From sequence record NC_041974.1: DNA of 64,000 nt. One strand, given 5' to 3'. Positions 27,506 through 37,096 of the stretch are shown here, piece by piece (within the stretch, counting starts at the first letter, position 1; the number at the start of each line of letters is the position of its first letter). Position numbers and translations under genes: made by a program. Below the pieces are notes generated by a model. That model was not told the DNA's origin and ran no database searches. It saw only the letters and a program-made list of their open reading frames with translations.

Positions 27506-28123
27506 ATGGCCTGGAATGGGTATGTCCTGGAATTCTTGGGCAATGACCTCGGGAAGTATTACCTGGGAATCAGTAACATCGATGCTAAGCAGCAAGATGA
27601 GTTGATGCTTGCAGCATTACGTGCCGGTGGTCCTGCGTTACCAGTAGAAATCCAAACAGCCTATAAACAGATGGCTGAGAAAGAAGTCTTGCTGTTTACT
27701 CATGTTCCGTTTAATGCGGAGTATGCGGTTGTGGAAGCCTGGCAGAATGATCACATTCATGCACAGTCTCTGAAAGCACGTCGGTTTCGATTCCCGAGTC
27801 ATCGACGAGAGACACTGTTCCAATGTATCAATGCTGAACAGATTGTCAGTAAGATAAAGCAATTGCGCAGTCGAGTGACCGTGCAAGCCGGTATCCGTTT
27901 TGATGGCTTTTATCATCCACAGCTGATGATGACAGACCAGCAATGGGTACAGGAGCTGGAGATGCTCAATCAGCTGCAATCGCTTTATTATTATCTGGGC
28001 GATTTCATTGAGTTCTTTGATGAAGAGTTCAAGGAGTTCAAAGGCACCGAAAGTGTCAAGGCGTTACCGTACCGCAATCCTTATTTCATCAACTTAGGAT
28101 TGCAGTTAAGTCAGATGTGTTAA
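27506..28123 (+). CDS. Hypothetical protein
   Basis: First gene after promoter motif. Confidence 0.8.
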   Translation: MAWNGYVLEFLGNDLGKYYLGISNIDAKQQDELMLAALRAGGPALPVEIQTAYKQMAEKEVLLFTHVPFNAEYAVVEAWQNDHIHAQSLKARRFRFPSHRRETLFQCINAEQIVSKIKQLRSRVTVQAGIRFDGFYHPQLMMTDQQWVQELEMLNQLQSLYYYLGDFIEFFDEEFKEFKGTESVKALPYRNPYFINLGLQLSQMC

Positions 28124-28175
28124 CCCTCCTACCTTGGCCTATCATGGCCGCTTACTAAAGCAAAGAGAGATTACC

Positions 28176-28805
28176 ATGAATATCATCAATACCGTATGTG
28201 AACTGACCAACATCTCCATCGCCATCACCATCACCCATGATGAGGAGGTGAACTCCACCCTGGTGGCATTGGATATTAACAATGTCCCGTTCTTCAGCTA
28301 CCAGTGGGGTCAGGTAACCAAAGGTCAGCGTAAAGTCCAGCTGGGTGCTACAAGCCACGGGCTGAGTGCGTTGTATCTGCACCTGCATCACAATGTCATC
28401 GACAGCCGTAACACCGACATCGCCCAGTGCTATCTCACCAACCGGGATGAGATCTTAGCCGTAGTGCGAGACCTGGGTGTGATCTTTAATGGCACTGAGT
28501 GGATTGAGAAACTCGATATCTCGCATTACCGTCTGGCAATCGAAGAGCAGTTCCCAGGGGAAACCAAAGCAGTGATGGTGCTGACCAGCAAGGGTGATGA
28601 ACACCGCGCGGCGTACACTTTCACTGCTAACAATTTAGGTGACCTTATGGGGACCGGGATCAAGCGGGGTGAGACGGTGGTGTTGAGCGGGCACAACAGC
28701 CGGTTTGTTCACGACTACGCATCCACTGTAGTGCCGCCTCAGATCAGCGATGTTATTAGCAGTCATGCCGATACATTGAAAGCCCGTTTTCCGGCGTTAG
28801 TTTAA
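28176..28805 (+). CDS. Hypothetical protein
   Basis: GAGAG RBS before ATG 28176. Confidence 0.75.
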   Translation: MNIINTVCELTNISIAITITHDEEVNSTLVALDINNVPFFSYQWGQVTKGQRKVQLGATSHGLSALYLHLHHNVIDSRNTDIAQCYLTNRDEILAVVRDLGVIFNGTEWIEKLDISHYRLAIEEQFPGETKAVMVLTSKGDEHRAAYTFTANNLGDLMGTGIKRGETVVLSGHNSRFVHDYASTVVPPQISDVISSHADTLKARFPALV

Positions 28806-28838
28806 TCTCCCCTTTTCCTTCTATTTAGAGAAACCGTT

Positions 28839-30479
28839 ATGCACATTCAAGATATGACCTTTCACCTTCGCGTAGACACTCACGTTAACCCCGGGCCAAC
28901 TTACAATACCCTGCGTCTTGTTAACCAGGATGAAGCTGTGGTGATTGAGCACCCGATCACCATTGGTGCCCTGAACGACATGAGTAATGGCGGGGATTAC
29001 GATAGCGATGAGTTTAAGAAAGCAGCAGCAGCTTTTCTGTATACCGCTTATCTCTACACTCGTGATTACCCAGAAGGTAAAGGCGCGGCAAGTTACGACT
29101 TCCATCGTACAGCTGGTATTATTCTGGCGCAATATCTGGATGAAGAGCATCTGGGTGAGTTTGAGCCCGATGACTGGAACCGGGAAGAAATCAGGGTGCC
29201 TGGAAACCCAGCTGGTGTCAGTGCCTTTGTGTTCAGCAACGATGGCTCCGATATCAACATCCGTATCTATCGCCAAGACCGCGGTCTGGTGAATGAGCGT
29301 CTGTTTACCTACAGTGATGAAGAGACGGTTCCTTCTATTGAAGAGATGCTTGCGCAATGGGATGCTGATGTCGCTCCTACCGCCGATCCGGTACAGGAAA
29401 ACGCAGCCAGCATCTCGTTTGGCGACGTCTCCTTTATTTACACCCTGGACATGAGCAAGGAAGGACGCGAGCAACGTAAAGCTATCATGCAGGTAGTGAT
29501 CGGTGATCGCCTGGTCGCTCAGCAGAAAGTCCATGAGAACACCCAACCGCTCATGTATTACATGATGGAAGTGTTCAACATGTTGGCGCTGCGCATGACC
29601 GTGGGTCCGGTAGAAGGCATTAACGCGCAAGACCGGGTAACCTTACTGACAGCTATCAGCGGGTTTGTGGGCGGGCATTTAGCGATGCCAGATCAGGTGC
29701 AGATCGCAGAAGGTATGCAGTACATGCACGAAGGTGCGATCAGTGACGAAGTAACCTACATGGTTTCACATCAGCTGATTGCCGACAACCATCTGCGGGC
29801 GACCTACCAGTTCAATACCGTGGTCGATGAAACGATGCGTCGTTCAATCACCATGTGTGATGAAGTGAGCTACCTGGAAAACCCGATGAGTCCACAGGCG
29901 TTCTTCACTGCGTATCAGGCAGACCTCAGCCGTGAGCTGAAACTGTCTCGGATGTTTGACATTGCAATGATTGCGGCCATCGATCGCGGTCAGGGTCTCG
30001 GTAAAGATAACGAACTGCTGTATCGTATCAAAGAAGACATGAAGTACTTCAAAGAGATGACACTGCATTCACCGGTGATCATGGGACGGAAAACGTATGA
30101 GTCGTTACCGAACCCGTTGGTAGATCGCCTGAACATCGTTATCACTACTGCTCCGACCAACACCTACACCACCCGCTCAGGTGTGGTGTTCGTCAACAGC
30201 AAAGAAGAAGCCCTGTTGCACGCGAAAGGTTATCTGGCTGAACACGGCGGTGATAAGATCTGGATCATCGGAGGCGCGAGTATCTATGCTGCATTCCTGC
30301 CAGATGCCAAAGAGATCCATCTGACCACCATCGGCACTGAGCGTGAAGATGCTGATACGTTCTTCCCGGAAGTTGATCTGCGTCAGTTTAACGCTGCACG
30401 TCAGTTTGAGGAAGACCAGGTGTTCGAGCGTGAAGGTGAAACCTTTGGCTACAACCGCGTCATCCTGACTCGTAAGTAA
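28839..30479 (+). CDS. folA: Dihydrofolate reductase fused to a ~370 aa N-terminal region of unknown function
   Basis: C-terminal IAAID..LGKDNEL..EDMKYFKEMT..VIMGRKTYESL, WIIGGASIY, IHLT and DTFFP; no stop before it and no clear internal RBS. Confidence 0.9.
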   Translation: MHIQDMTFHLRVDTHVNPGPTYNTLRLVNQDEAVVIEHPITIGALNDMSNGGDYDSDEFKKAAAAFLYTAYLYTRDYPEGKGAASYDFHRTAGIILAQYLDEEHLGEFEPDDWNREEIRVPGNPAGVSAFVFSNDGSDINIRIYRQDRGLVNERLFTYSDEETVPSIEEMLAQWDADVAPTADPVQENAASISFGDVSFIYTLDMSKEGREQRKAIMQVVIGDRLVAQQKVHENTQPLMYYMMEVFNMLALRMTVGPVEGINAQDRVTLLTAISGFVGGHLAMPDQVQIAEGMQYMHEGAISDEVTYMVSHQLIADNHLRATYQFNTVVDETMRRSITMCDEVSYLENPMSPQAFFTAYQADLSRELKLSRMFDIAMIAAIDRGQGLGKDNELLYRIKEDMKYFKEMTLHSPVIMGRKTYESLPNPLVDRLNIVITTAPTNTYTTRSGVVFVNSKEEALLHAKGYLAEHGGDKIWIIGGASIYAAFLPDAKEIHLTTIGTEREDADTFFPEVDLRQFNAARQFEEDQVFEREGETFGYNRVILTRK

Positions 30480-30491
30480 TTTAACCCCCTG

Positions 30492-30506
30492 GGGAGGCAA
30501 CTCCCC
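30492..30506 (+). terminator. Short hairpin
   Basis: GGGGAG-GCAA-CTCCCC. Confidence 0.45.
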
Positions 30507-30534
30507 ATTCTTGTCTATAAAGGAAACATTTCTC

Positions 30535-31167
30535 ATGGCGATTGAAAAAGCAGCAGTACCGGCAAACGTAGTTGAAATCACTGGCAAGACCCTGGAACAA
30601 GCTCGTGGTGATATCCCGAACGCCATCATGTTACTGGACAGCAATACGGTCGATGTGCGCTACACCCCGGCATTCAATAAACTACCTGCTGATCTGCAAC
30701 ACGTCATCCTGGTTGCACAGACCGGTAACCCAGTGATCTCATTAGAGCGCCCACTGGATGCGACCGGAAAGGTTGACGCGACCAACCCGAACATGGTGAT
30801 TGCCGCAGCAGTACAAAAAGATGGCCAGCCATTAGGGATCTACCACCCTGCTCTGATGGGTCGTCTGCGTCAAATTCCAAACGGCTATCTGCTTTATACC
30901 CACTACCACACCAGTAGTAAAGCAGACTTCTCTTATCCGGCGTTTGAGAAAGCCTTGGCGGAATATTGCATGCTGGCGTTTGCGTTAGGTACGAAAGAGC
31001 AACCGGTGGTAATTAACATGCCCGGTCTGCAATGTGCCAATAGCTTCGTCTGGGAAGAGATCAACGGTGAGCGTGTACCGGTACTGAGCCCGCGTCATCT
31101 TGAGCGTGTGAAAGAAGTGATTGCTAACACCATGTTCGCCGGGTCAACGGTTTATCTGGTGCTGTGA
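30535..31167 (+). CDS. Divergent macrodomain-like protein
   Basis: AAGGA RBS before ATG 30535; LLYTHY..DFSYPAFEKAL..INMPGL pattern of phage macrodomains; Gly loops eroded. Confidence 0.45.
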   Translation: MAIEKAAVPANVVEITGKTLEQARGDIPNAIMLLDSNTVDVRYTPAFNKLPADLQHVILVAQTGNPVISLERPLDATGKVDATNPNMVIAAAVQKDGQPLGIYHPALMGRLRQIPNGYLLYTHYHTSSKADFSYPAFEKALAEYCMLAFALGTKEQPVVINMPGLQCANSFVWEEINGERVPVLSPRHLERVKEVIANTMFAGSTVYLVL

Positions 31168-31358
31168 TGAAAGCGTGTCCCCTCTGTGCTTCATCGGCTA
31201 AGACCTACAAATACGCGTTAGTGTTCTGGGGTGTGCGTTGTACCAGCTGTATGTTGTTCCTCAAAGATATGAACACCTCTGAGGCGGCGGCTATTCGTCA
31301 GTGGGATACGCGCATTACCCCCGAAGAGAAAGCAGCAAAGAAACGCAAGAAAGCTTAA
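31164..31358 (+). CDS. Lar-family restriction-alleviation-like Zn-ribbon protein
   Basis: CPLC..VRCTSC..EAAAIRQWDTR. Confidence 0.65.
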   Translation: MMKACPLCASSAKTYKYALVFWGVRCTSCMLFLKDMNTSEAAAIRQWDTRITPEEKAAKKRKKA

Positions 31359-31379
31359 CCCCTGGATAAAGGAGTCGTC

Positions 31380-31694
31380 GTGCTGAAAAGAACAGTACTG
31401 AGTTTGGTCACCTGCTTTATGCTATCGGGCTGTGGAATGGCAGAATCCGAAGATGTGCCGGTCAAATCGGTTGAGGGCGTTGTGATCAGCGATGAGGTCT
31501 GTCAAGTCGGTCAAAAGTGCGAGGCAGTGATTGCCCGCGATCAAACCGCCTGGACATACCAGATTGCAGAAGGGCCTTTTAAGAAAGGCACGGTGCTTTA
31601 TAAAGCGTGTGCATATCACCGCACACACGAGCGCTGCAGTTCGGTCTGGTCGCCCACTCCCGATCGGTTTATTCCGCCGGAGTCAAAGAACTAA
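31380..31694 (+). CDS. Predicted lipoprotein
   Basis: AAGGAG RBS; lipobox LSGC. Confidence 0.75.
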   Translation: MLKRTVLSLVTCFMLSGCGMAESEDVPVKSVEGVVISDEVCQVGQKCEAVIARDQTAWTYQIAEGPFKKGTVLYKACAYHRTHERCSSVWSPTPDRFIPPESKN

Positions 31695-31754
31695 GTTGTA
31701 ACCACGGCGTGTCATGCGCCGTTTTAATTTAACCCTGCTGTAAGGTAACTCACC

Positions 31755-32843
31755 ATGAAAGACTCAGAACACCAAGATACTACAATTGATAATGTCTCTC
31801 CGTATGCGGGGGAACTGGCGGACCTGATTGAAGAGTTTGTGGCAGACCGATTTACCTTAATGGATGATGCGGTTCTTGAATCGCTTTATGCCGACTTACC
31901 GGATGTCACCTATTTGAAAGGTGTGGTGAAAGGCTTACGTCGAAACCTGATGCGACAGGCAGCGTCGATCAATGTCGAAGACGCATACCCGAAAGTTATG
32001 GCGTTTAAAGAACAGCCGCTAACCGCTGAGGATATCAAAGAGATTATCCAGACTGATTGTCCGGACATGCCGGCGGATGAAGTTACACAAACCGTAACAG
32101 AAGTCATGACGGCAACTGATGAAGAAGAAGACGACGATAACAGCGAAGCGCTGCGTCTACGGGAAAGCAACAAACTCGAACATATCCCAAGCCTTGATGA
32201 ACTCATGCAAGCGGATGGGAAAGGCTGGGGTTCGGTGAGTGCGGTGATCACACCCCCGCCAGTCATTGAACCTGCTCGTCCTGCAAGACCCTCACGCGCT
32301 GAACGCTTTGGCACCTCAAATGTTGAGTTAGCTGAATTACTGAGCCAGGCCAAGCCAGGCAGTGTGTTCTCTGTTGACACCATTAAATCTGCAAAAGATA
32401 AAAGCCTGGTGTTGGTGAAATCCCCCGAGACAAAACACTTTGAACCCCTGCGTCTGTTAGAGCGTTCTGATCCGCAATATTACCAATACATGTGGCCAGC
32501 ATTATTCGAAGCCCTGGAGGCTGTGTTGAATGACACAAGCTTAACGGTGAATCGGATGCGTCGTCTGGATGAAGAGATGCTTGAGCGCTTTGGTGATACC
32601 TTAGCTGCCGCGGTCACGACCATCCTGAGTATTGGTAATCACGATCTGTTGATTAAAGAGAACGTCAACTATTTCATGCAGCAGTGTAATGACCGTGGAC
32701 TGGATATCAAGCTCTATATGGGCGCTAAGGTTTATAAGCAAGGTCGCTGGATTAACACCTGGATCGACGCAGCATTACAAACCCCTAAAGGCAAGTTTAT
32801 CTTTGGTACCCCGGAGGTGGATGTGGTATGGCAAGCGAAATGA
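31755..32843 (+). CDS. Acidic hypothetical protein
   Basis: AAGG RBS; C-terminal GRW..LQTPKGKFIFG. Confidence 0.8.
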   Translation: MKDSEHQDTTIDNVSPYAGELADLIEEFVADRFTLMDDAVLESLYADLPDVTYLKGVVKGLRRNLMRQAASINVEDAYPKVMAFKEQPLTAEDIKEIIQTDCPDMPADEVTQTVTEVMTATDEEEDDDNSEALRLRESNKLEHIPSLDELMQADGKGWGSVSAVITPPPVIEPARPARPSRAERFGTSNVELAELLSQAKPGSVFSVDTIKSAKDKSLVLVKSPETKHFEPLRLLERSDPQYYQYMWPALFEALEAVLNDTSLTVNRMRRLDEEMLERFGDTLAAAVTTILSIGNHDLLIKENVNYFMQQCNDRGLDIKLYMGAKVYKQGRWINTWIDAALQTPKGKFIFGTPEVDVVWQAK

Positions 32844-33145
32844 TTGAATGGGAAAAGCTCTTTAACTCGCTAAAGGCGATTGAACAAAGCGACCAGGTCT
32901 GTGATTTACCGACGCGCAATCTGTCGGTCATGATGGCACAGCGGCGCCTCAAGGCTGGATTGCAACGCTCAGTGAAACGGGTGGACGCGATCATGAGCGC
33001 ACAGGTACAAACTGATGAAGCGTACGATGAACTGATGCATCGCCTGCAAGTGCTGGCATTGCCTGTCACTGTGACGCGCTTTACCGGTGGGAAGTGGAAT
33101 CATGGAGTGATCAGAACCAAGAAAGGTACGATCATGTATGGTTAG
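32840..33145 (+). CDS. Hypothetical protein
   Basis: ATGA overlap; C-terminal GKW..IRTKKGTIMYG. Confidence 0.7.
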   Translation: MIEWEKLFNSLKAIEQSDQVCDLPTRNLSVMMAQRRLKAGLQRSVKRVDAIMSAQVQTDEAYDELMHRLQVLALPVTVTRFTGGKWNHGVIRTKKGTIMYG

Positions 33146-33458
33146 AAATAACGTTGTCTCTATTTATAAACCGACGTTTCGTAAACGTCTCGCTGTCGAC
33201 CCGATGGTACTCATCACCGAGTTGCAGCATGTCTTTACAGTGATCGAACTGTGTAAAGCATCTAACAAATATGACCATCGCGTGTATGGTAAATTGCTGA
33301 AAGATGAGGTACAATTAGTTCGTGACTGTGCAGCGGTGCTTGTACGACATGTGCAGACACCATCCATCGTGCAGATGTTGCAAACCGCAATTACCCACGA
33401 GAAGCCGGTTGAGTTGATTGCAGCCCGACACGGTGAGTTTTTACAATTGATAAATTAA
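33138..33458 (+). CDS. Hypothetical protein
   Basis: Overlaps upstream stop. Confidence 0.7.
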   Translation: MVRNNVVSIYKPTFRKRLAVDPMVLITELQHVFTVIELCKASNKYDHRVYGKLLKDEVQLVRDCAAVLVRHVQTPSIVQMLQTAITHEKPVELIAARHGEFLQLIN

Positions 33459-33485
33459 CCCCTGAGTATAAGGAAAATAAAAAAT

Positions 33486-33776
33486 ATGGCTAAGAAGATT
33501 ACCGCAGCAGCTTTAGAGAAAGACATCTTTGATCACGAAGGCATCCGTGTCATCTTCCGTGTACCAACTGGTAAGCGCATTGCTGAACAGAAATACACTG
33601 AAGTCTTCACGAATCGTTCGCCAAAGAACTACACGTTAAAAACCTTACGCGAACGCATCGTCCGTGTGGTGGGCGAGAACATTGAGTTCTCCATCATCAC
33701 AGGCGGCGGTGAGATCGCAAACGGCAATTACAAGATCGGTAACTTACGCACCACCTACGAAGTAATCGAAGAGTAA
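33486..33776 (+). CDS. Small hypothetical protein
   Basis: AAGGA RBS; EGIRVIFR..TGGG..GN..IGNLRTTY. Confidence 0.8.
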   Translation: MAKKITAAALEKDIFDHEGIRVIFRVPTGKRIAEQKYTEVFTNRSPKNYTLKTLRERIVRVVGENIEFSIITGGGEIANGNYKIGNLRTTYEVIEE

Positions 33777-33781
33777 TAGAC

Positions 33782-33832
33782 GGCATAAGAGGAGGAGCAA
33801 ACGCTCCTCCTCTGTTTATGCTGCTTTTTTTT
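33782..33832. terminator. Bidirectional terminator with TTATGCY on both strands
   Basis: GGCATAA-GAGGAGGAGC-AAAC-GCTCCTCCTCT-GTTTATGCTGC-T8 between convergent genes. Confidence 0.85.
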
Positions 33833-34670
33833 ATCCTGCGACCACAGTCTGGTCGGCAGTTAATGCAGAAGGGAAGCTTCGACCTTTACCCCAGATGATA
33901 CGAATCCCGCCTGTACCTGGCGTGTAACCAGAACCCATCCCGGCACCACCACCGTATCGTCCACCGGTGCCGCCATTTGCGGCGGTGCCTGCAGACCCGG
34001 CTTTACCAAACTGCGTAATTGTACCGCCTGCTCCGGACGTGCTACCGATTGAGATATCCCCACTGGCACCTTCACCGTAGAGGCCAACACCCCCACCACC
34101 GGCGCCATAACGGTTACCGTTGTAAGACCAACCAGCACCACCGCCACCGCCACCTCCTTTACCGGCCTGACCATCCACTGTAGGGCAACCACCCATTCCG
34201 CCATCACCGGAGTAGCCACCTGCGCCACCACCACCGTTATTGGTGCCGGCAGTCTGTCCACCCAACCCACCGTTTCCACCACCGAGAAGAGGTAGACTAA
34301 TGGGGGTACTGGTGCTGGTCGAATCACCACCCCTGGCTAGCAACAAGACCGTATTGCCCCTTAAGAGTTTACTGTCGTTGCCGGTCATGTCACCAACGAC
34401 CAGGGTCAGAACTTCACCCGGGGTCACTTTCAAACGGTTGACATAACGTAGATCACCACCACGCGCACCGATATGAGGTGTACCGGTAAGTCCTTTGCCA
34501 CCCGAGCCAACAGCCACAGCACAGATATCAAACACACCGGCAGGTACCGTCCAAGAGGTGGTTCCGCTGGTTGCAAATATCTGCTGACCTACCGCAGTGG
34601 TGTCACTATCCGGTAACGGACCTCCTCCGGATACTGGCCGGTAACTTGAGTTCAGTAACAGTTCAAACAC
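33831..34670 (-). CDS. Glycine-rich virion or tail-fibre-associated protein
   Basis: GTG start with AGGAG RBS, MFELLL; WTVPAGV; IRIIWG..RSFP; paralogue of 21552..22334. Confidence 0.8.
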   Translation of the reverse strand: MFELLLNSSYRPVSGGGPLPDSDTTAVGQQIFATSGTTSWTVPAGVFDICAVAVGSGGKGLTGTPHIGARGGDLRYVNRLKVTPGEVLTLVVGDMTGNDSKLLRGNTVLLLARGGDSTSTSTPISLPLLGGGNGGLGGQTAGTNNGGGGAGGYSGDGGMGGCPTVDGQAGKGGGGGGGAGWSYNGNRYGAGGGGVGLYGEGASGDISIGSTSGAGGTITQFGKAGSAGTAANGGTGGRYGGGAGMGSGYTPGTGGIRIIWGKGRSFPSALTADQTVVAG

Positions 34671-34679
34671 GGTAACTCC

Positions 34680-36803
34680 TTACCAGCTAAATGCTTTATT
34701 GGCACGTGGCATAGTCACTTCCATTGGGATATCTTCCGTGACGAGCTCTTGGCTTTCCAGATCGTCTAACCACGCTTCCATTCCTGCTGAGAGGAACTGG
34801 TGCTCGTGTGCACTTTCTTCAAACGATTCCAACCCTACTGCTTCAGCGATCTCTTCAACTTCAACGTTCGAACCATAACGGTCCAAGCCCATCAATGCAT
34901 CAACCTGAGACTTCGACCAAGCCATGATGTCTTCTGAGCGTGTTGAGATGTTCGGCATGGCGCCAGTATCCAATACGAAGTTAAAGATATACACTTCGTC
35001 TTCCTGACCAATACGGTGCATACGTGAGACAGCCTGCTCGTAGTGGTGGAAGCGGAAAGGTTTGTTCAACATCAATCCACAGTTCGCTTCAGTCAGGGGC
35101 ACGGCCTCTGCCAGTGAGCGGAAGGTGGCGATCCCGGGGTTAACGTCTTCAGAAGCACGGAACGACTTCACCATCTCAACCAGGTCTTTGTTGGTATCGC
35201 CGTAAACCACAACTGGCTTATACCCCAGACCCCGACAGATCAACGCCATGGTTTCCAGCGCAGGCACAAAGTCAGTGAAGATCAGGGTCTTCTTCTTGGC
35301 GTTGTCAATGTAGGTGCCGAACGGAATCGCTTCAGCAAGCTCTACGTGACACATGGTGCGTTCTTTACCCAACACCCTACCCAGACACTCCCCTTTGATC
35401 TTCAAGTCCACATACTTGATTACAGAGCGGGCATCTTTGAACGGCTTACGCATGTGGTCCGGGATCACCGGGATGATACGCTTGAGTTCGTACTCATTAC
35501 AATACTGACTCATGTAGGCCATCGAGTAGGGATCAAACCCCTGGGTGACAAACGTGTTCACATATTGGTTGTAGAGTTTGAAGTCCTCTTTCTCTTTGGG
35601 GGAGTGCAAGGTCTTCTCATACCACCCCAGTGCATCGTCGTAGATTTTCTGGTAGGCCGGCTTGTTGTCGGTATAGAACTTAAACCGCTCTTGAATGAAC
35701 GCCATCATGATCCGTTGGATGTTATCCAGAGTATAATGCGCACCATTCTTAATCTTGATCTTCACCGTCATCTCGATCGGCTTGGTGGTCATGAACTTCG
35801 ACTTCGGTACTGAGAAGCTCACAATCCCCAATCGGTTCGCCAGGATGTCGTTGGCTTTGGTGGCGGTTTTGCCCCAGATCTTACGCATCGCTAATTCAAC
35901 ATCATTAGTGAAACCGGGGATCAGGGTACGGAACAACGGCACCGCCTCAGTACCCATGGCGGTCAATGCTGTGCCGGAGGCCCAGACGATATCCTGCGAC
36001 CCTGAGGCCTGGCAGAGTTCCACAAACAGGTTGGTGCGAATCGACTCTTTGGTTTTCTGGTTTAAGTTGTGTGACTCATCGAGGATAATCCCGACGTTGG
36101 GCAGGCGCAGTTCTTTTACCATCTTCACCACTTCGTCCAGACGCTCGTAGTGCGCAACGATCCATTTGGTGCCTTTACGGTATGGCTGGTCATACTCCGC
36201 AACCCAGACCGACTCCTCTGTCGTAAGTTCTGTGGTGATCGTGCGTTCCCAAACATCGCGTGTGGCTTTCTTGGGGGCAATGACAATCACGTAATCTTTC
36301 TTACGACAGAGCATGGTCATGATACTGCAGAGCGTCTTACCGGCACCGGGTGCGGCAGAGAGTAAAGCACCGCGCAGACCGTAACGTGGGATCACGGTGT
36401 TATAGTAGTTCAGCCAGTTACGCTGTTCAGGTAGTGGGGTCTTCTTAACATACTTCAGTTGGCCCAGGTCGATGATATCTTCATACTGCTCCTCGAGGTT
36501 GCGCATCCAGGTGTTCTTGCGCAGCAGCTCCAGGATCTTACCCAGACCCCGACGATCTGACCAGGTCTTATCGTGCTCGTAGAGTTGCTTTAAGATGTAC
36601 TCGACTTCGATGGCAAAGAAGCTGTTAAAGCTGATCTTGTTCTGGGTTACCTCTCGAAAGAGATAGCCAGCAATTTTACTGGTCTTCCAGACCTTAAGGA
36701 TGTCGCGCGTTGCCAGTGGGGCATTAAAGCCAGTGATGGTGATGATATCGTTTTTCTCTTCGACGTTAATGAACCCTAACGCCCGACGCAGGTAGTCAAA
36801 CAT
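34680..36803 (-). CDS. SF2 (SNF2/DExH-like) helicase
   Basis: SAAPGAGKT (I), ILDESH (II), ASGT (III), EQAVSRMHRIGQ (VI). Confidence 0.9.
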   Translation of the reverse strand: MFDYLRRALGFINVEEKNDIITITGFNAPLATRDILKVWKTSKIAGYLFREVTQNKISFNSFFAIEVEYILKQLYEHDKTWSDRRGLGKILELLRKNTWMRNLEEQYEDIIDLGQLKYVKKTPLPEQRNWLNYYNTVIPRYGLRGALLSAAPGAGKTLCSIMTMLCRKKDYVIVIAPKKATRDVWERTITTELTTEESVWVAEYDQPYRKGTKWIVAHYERLDEVVKMVKELRLPNVGIILDESHNLNQKTKESIRTNLFVELCQASGSQDIVWASGTALTAMGTEAVPLFRTLIPGFTNDVELAMRKIWGKTATKANDILANRLGIVSFSVPKSKFMTTKPIEMTVKIKIKNGAHYTLDNIQRIMMAFIQERFKFYTDNKPAYQKIYDDALGWYEKTLHSPKEKEDFKLYNQYVNTFVTQGFDPYSMAYMSQYCNEYELKRIIPVIPDHMRKPFKDARSVIKYVDLKIKGECLGRVLGKERTMCHVELAEAIPFGTYIDNAKKKTLIFTDFVPALETMALICRGLGYKPVVVYGDTNKDLVEMVKSFRASEDVNPGIATFRSLAEAVPLTEANCGLMLNKPFRFHHYEQAVSRMHRIGQEDEVYIFNFVLDTGAMPNISTRSEDIMAWSKSQVDALMGLDRYGSNVEVEEIAEAVGLESFEESAHEHQFLSAGMEAWLDDLESQELVTEDIPMEVTMPRANKAFSW

Positions 36804-36882
36804 AAATGCCCCTTAGGAAAGTTAAATCATACTAATGTGATCTATAAAATAACGTGCGATATAGAATCTATATTTTTACATA

Positions 36883-36901
36883 CCTACATTACGGTAGTGA
36901 T
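36883..36901 (+). promoter_or_regulatory. Putative phage early promoter
   Basis: CCTACATTAC-ggta-GTGAT. Confidence 0.7.
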
Positions 36902-36926
36902 ATGTTGTACAACATAAAACATATTA

Positions 36927-36992
36927 GTTGGGTATACTAAAGTTTTATTAGATCCACTACACTTTCGAATAGTGTTTTAGTATACAACCAAC
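36927..36992 (+). promoter_or_regulatory. Long stem-loop in 5' leader
   Basis: GTTGGGTATACTAAA (36927-36941) pairs with TTTAGTATACAACCAAC (36976-36992); inner ACACT/AGTGT hairpin. Confidence 0.5.
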
Positions 36993-37008
36993 AACTTGGA
37001 GGTCCACT

Positions 37009-37080
37009 ATGGATCGTTTAATCATTTTCACCGGGGTAATCGTTACATTCGTCATTAGCATTGCGATGACTGTGACGTAA
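37009..37080 (+). CDS. 23-aa single-helix membrane peptide (not in ORF track)
   Basis: GGAGG RBS; MDRLIIFTGVIVTFVISIAMTVT. Confidence 0.6.
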   Translation: MDRLIIFTGVIVTFVISIAMTVT

Positions 37081-37096
37081 CACAAAGGAGAGGGTT

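Noticed and set aside
28821-29630. 269-aa minus-strand ORF
   Set aside because: Fully antisense to the DHFR fusion; no RBS or motifs. Shadow ORF.
861-33462. TTAACCC motif in several intergenic gaps (861, 17271, 25896, 28120, 30481, 31355, 31729, 33455)
   Set aside because: Often just a TAA stop plus C residues, and it also occurs in coding DNA as Asn-Pro codons; enrichment cannot be shown without a count.
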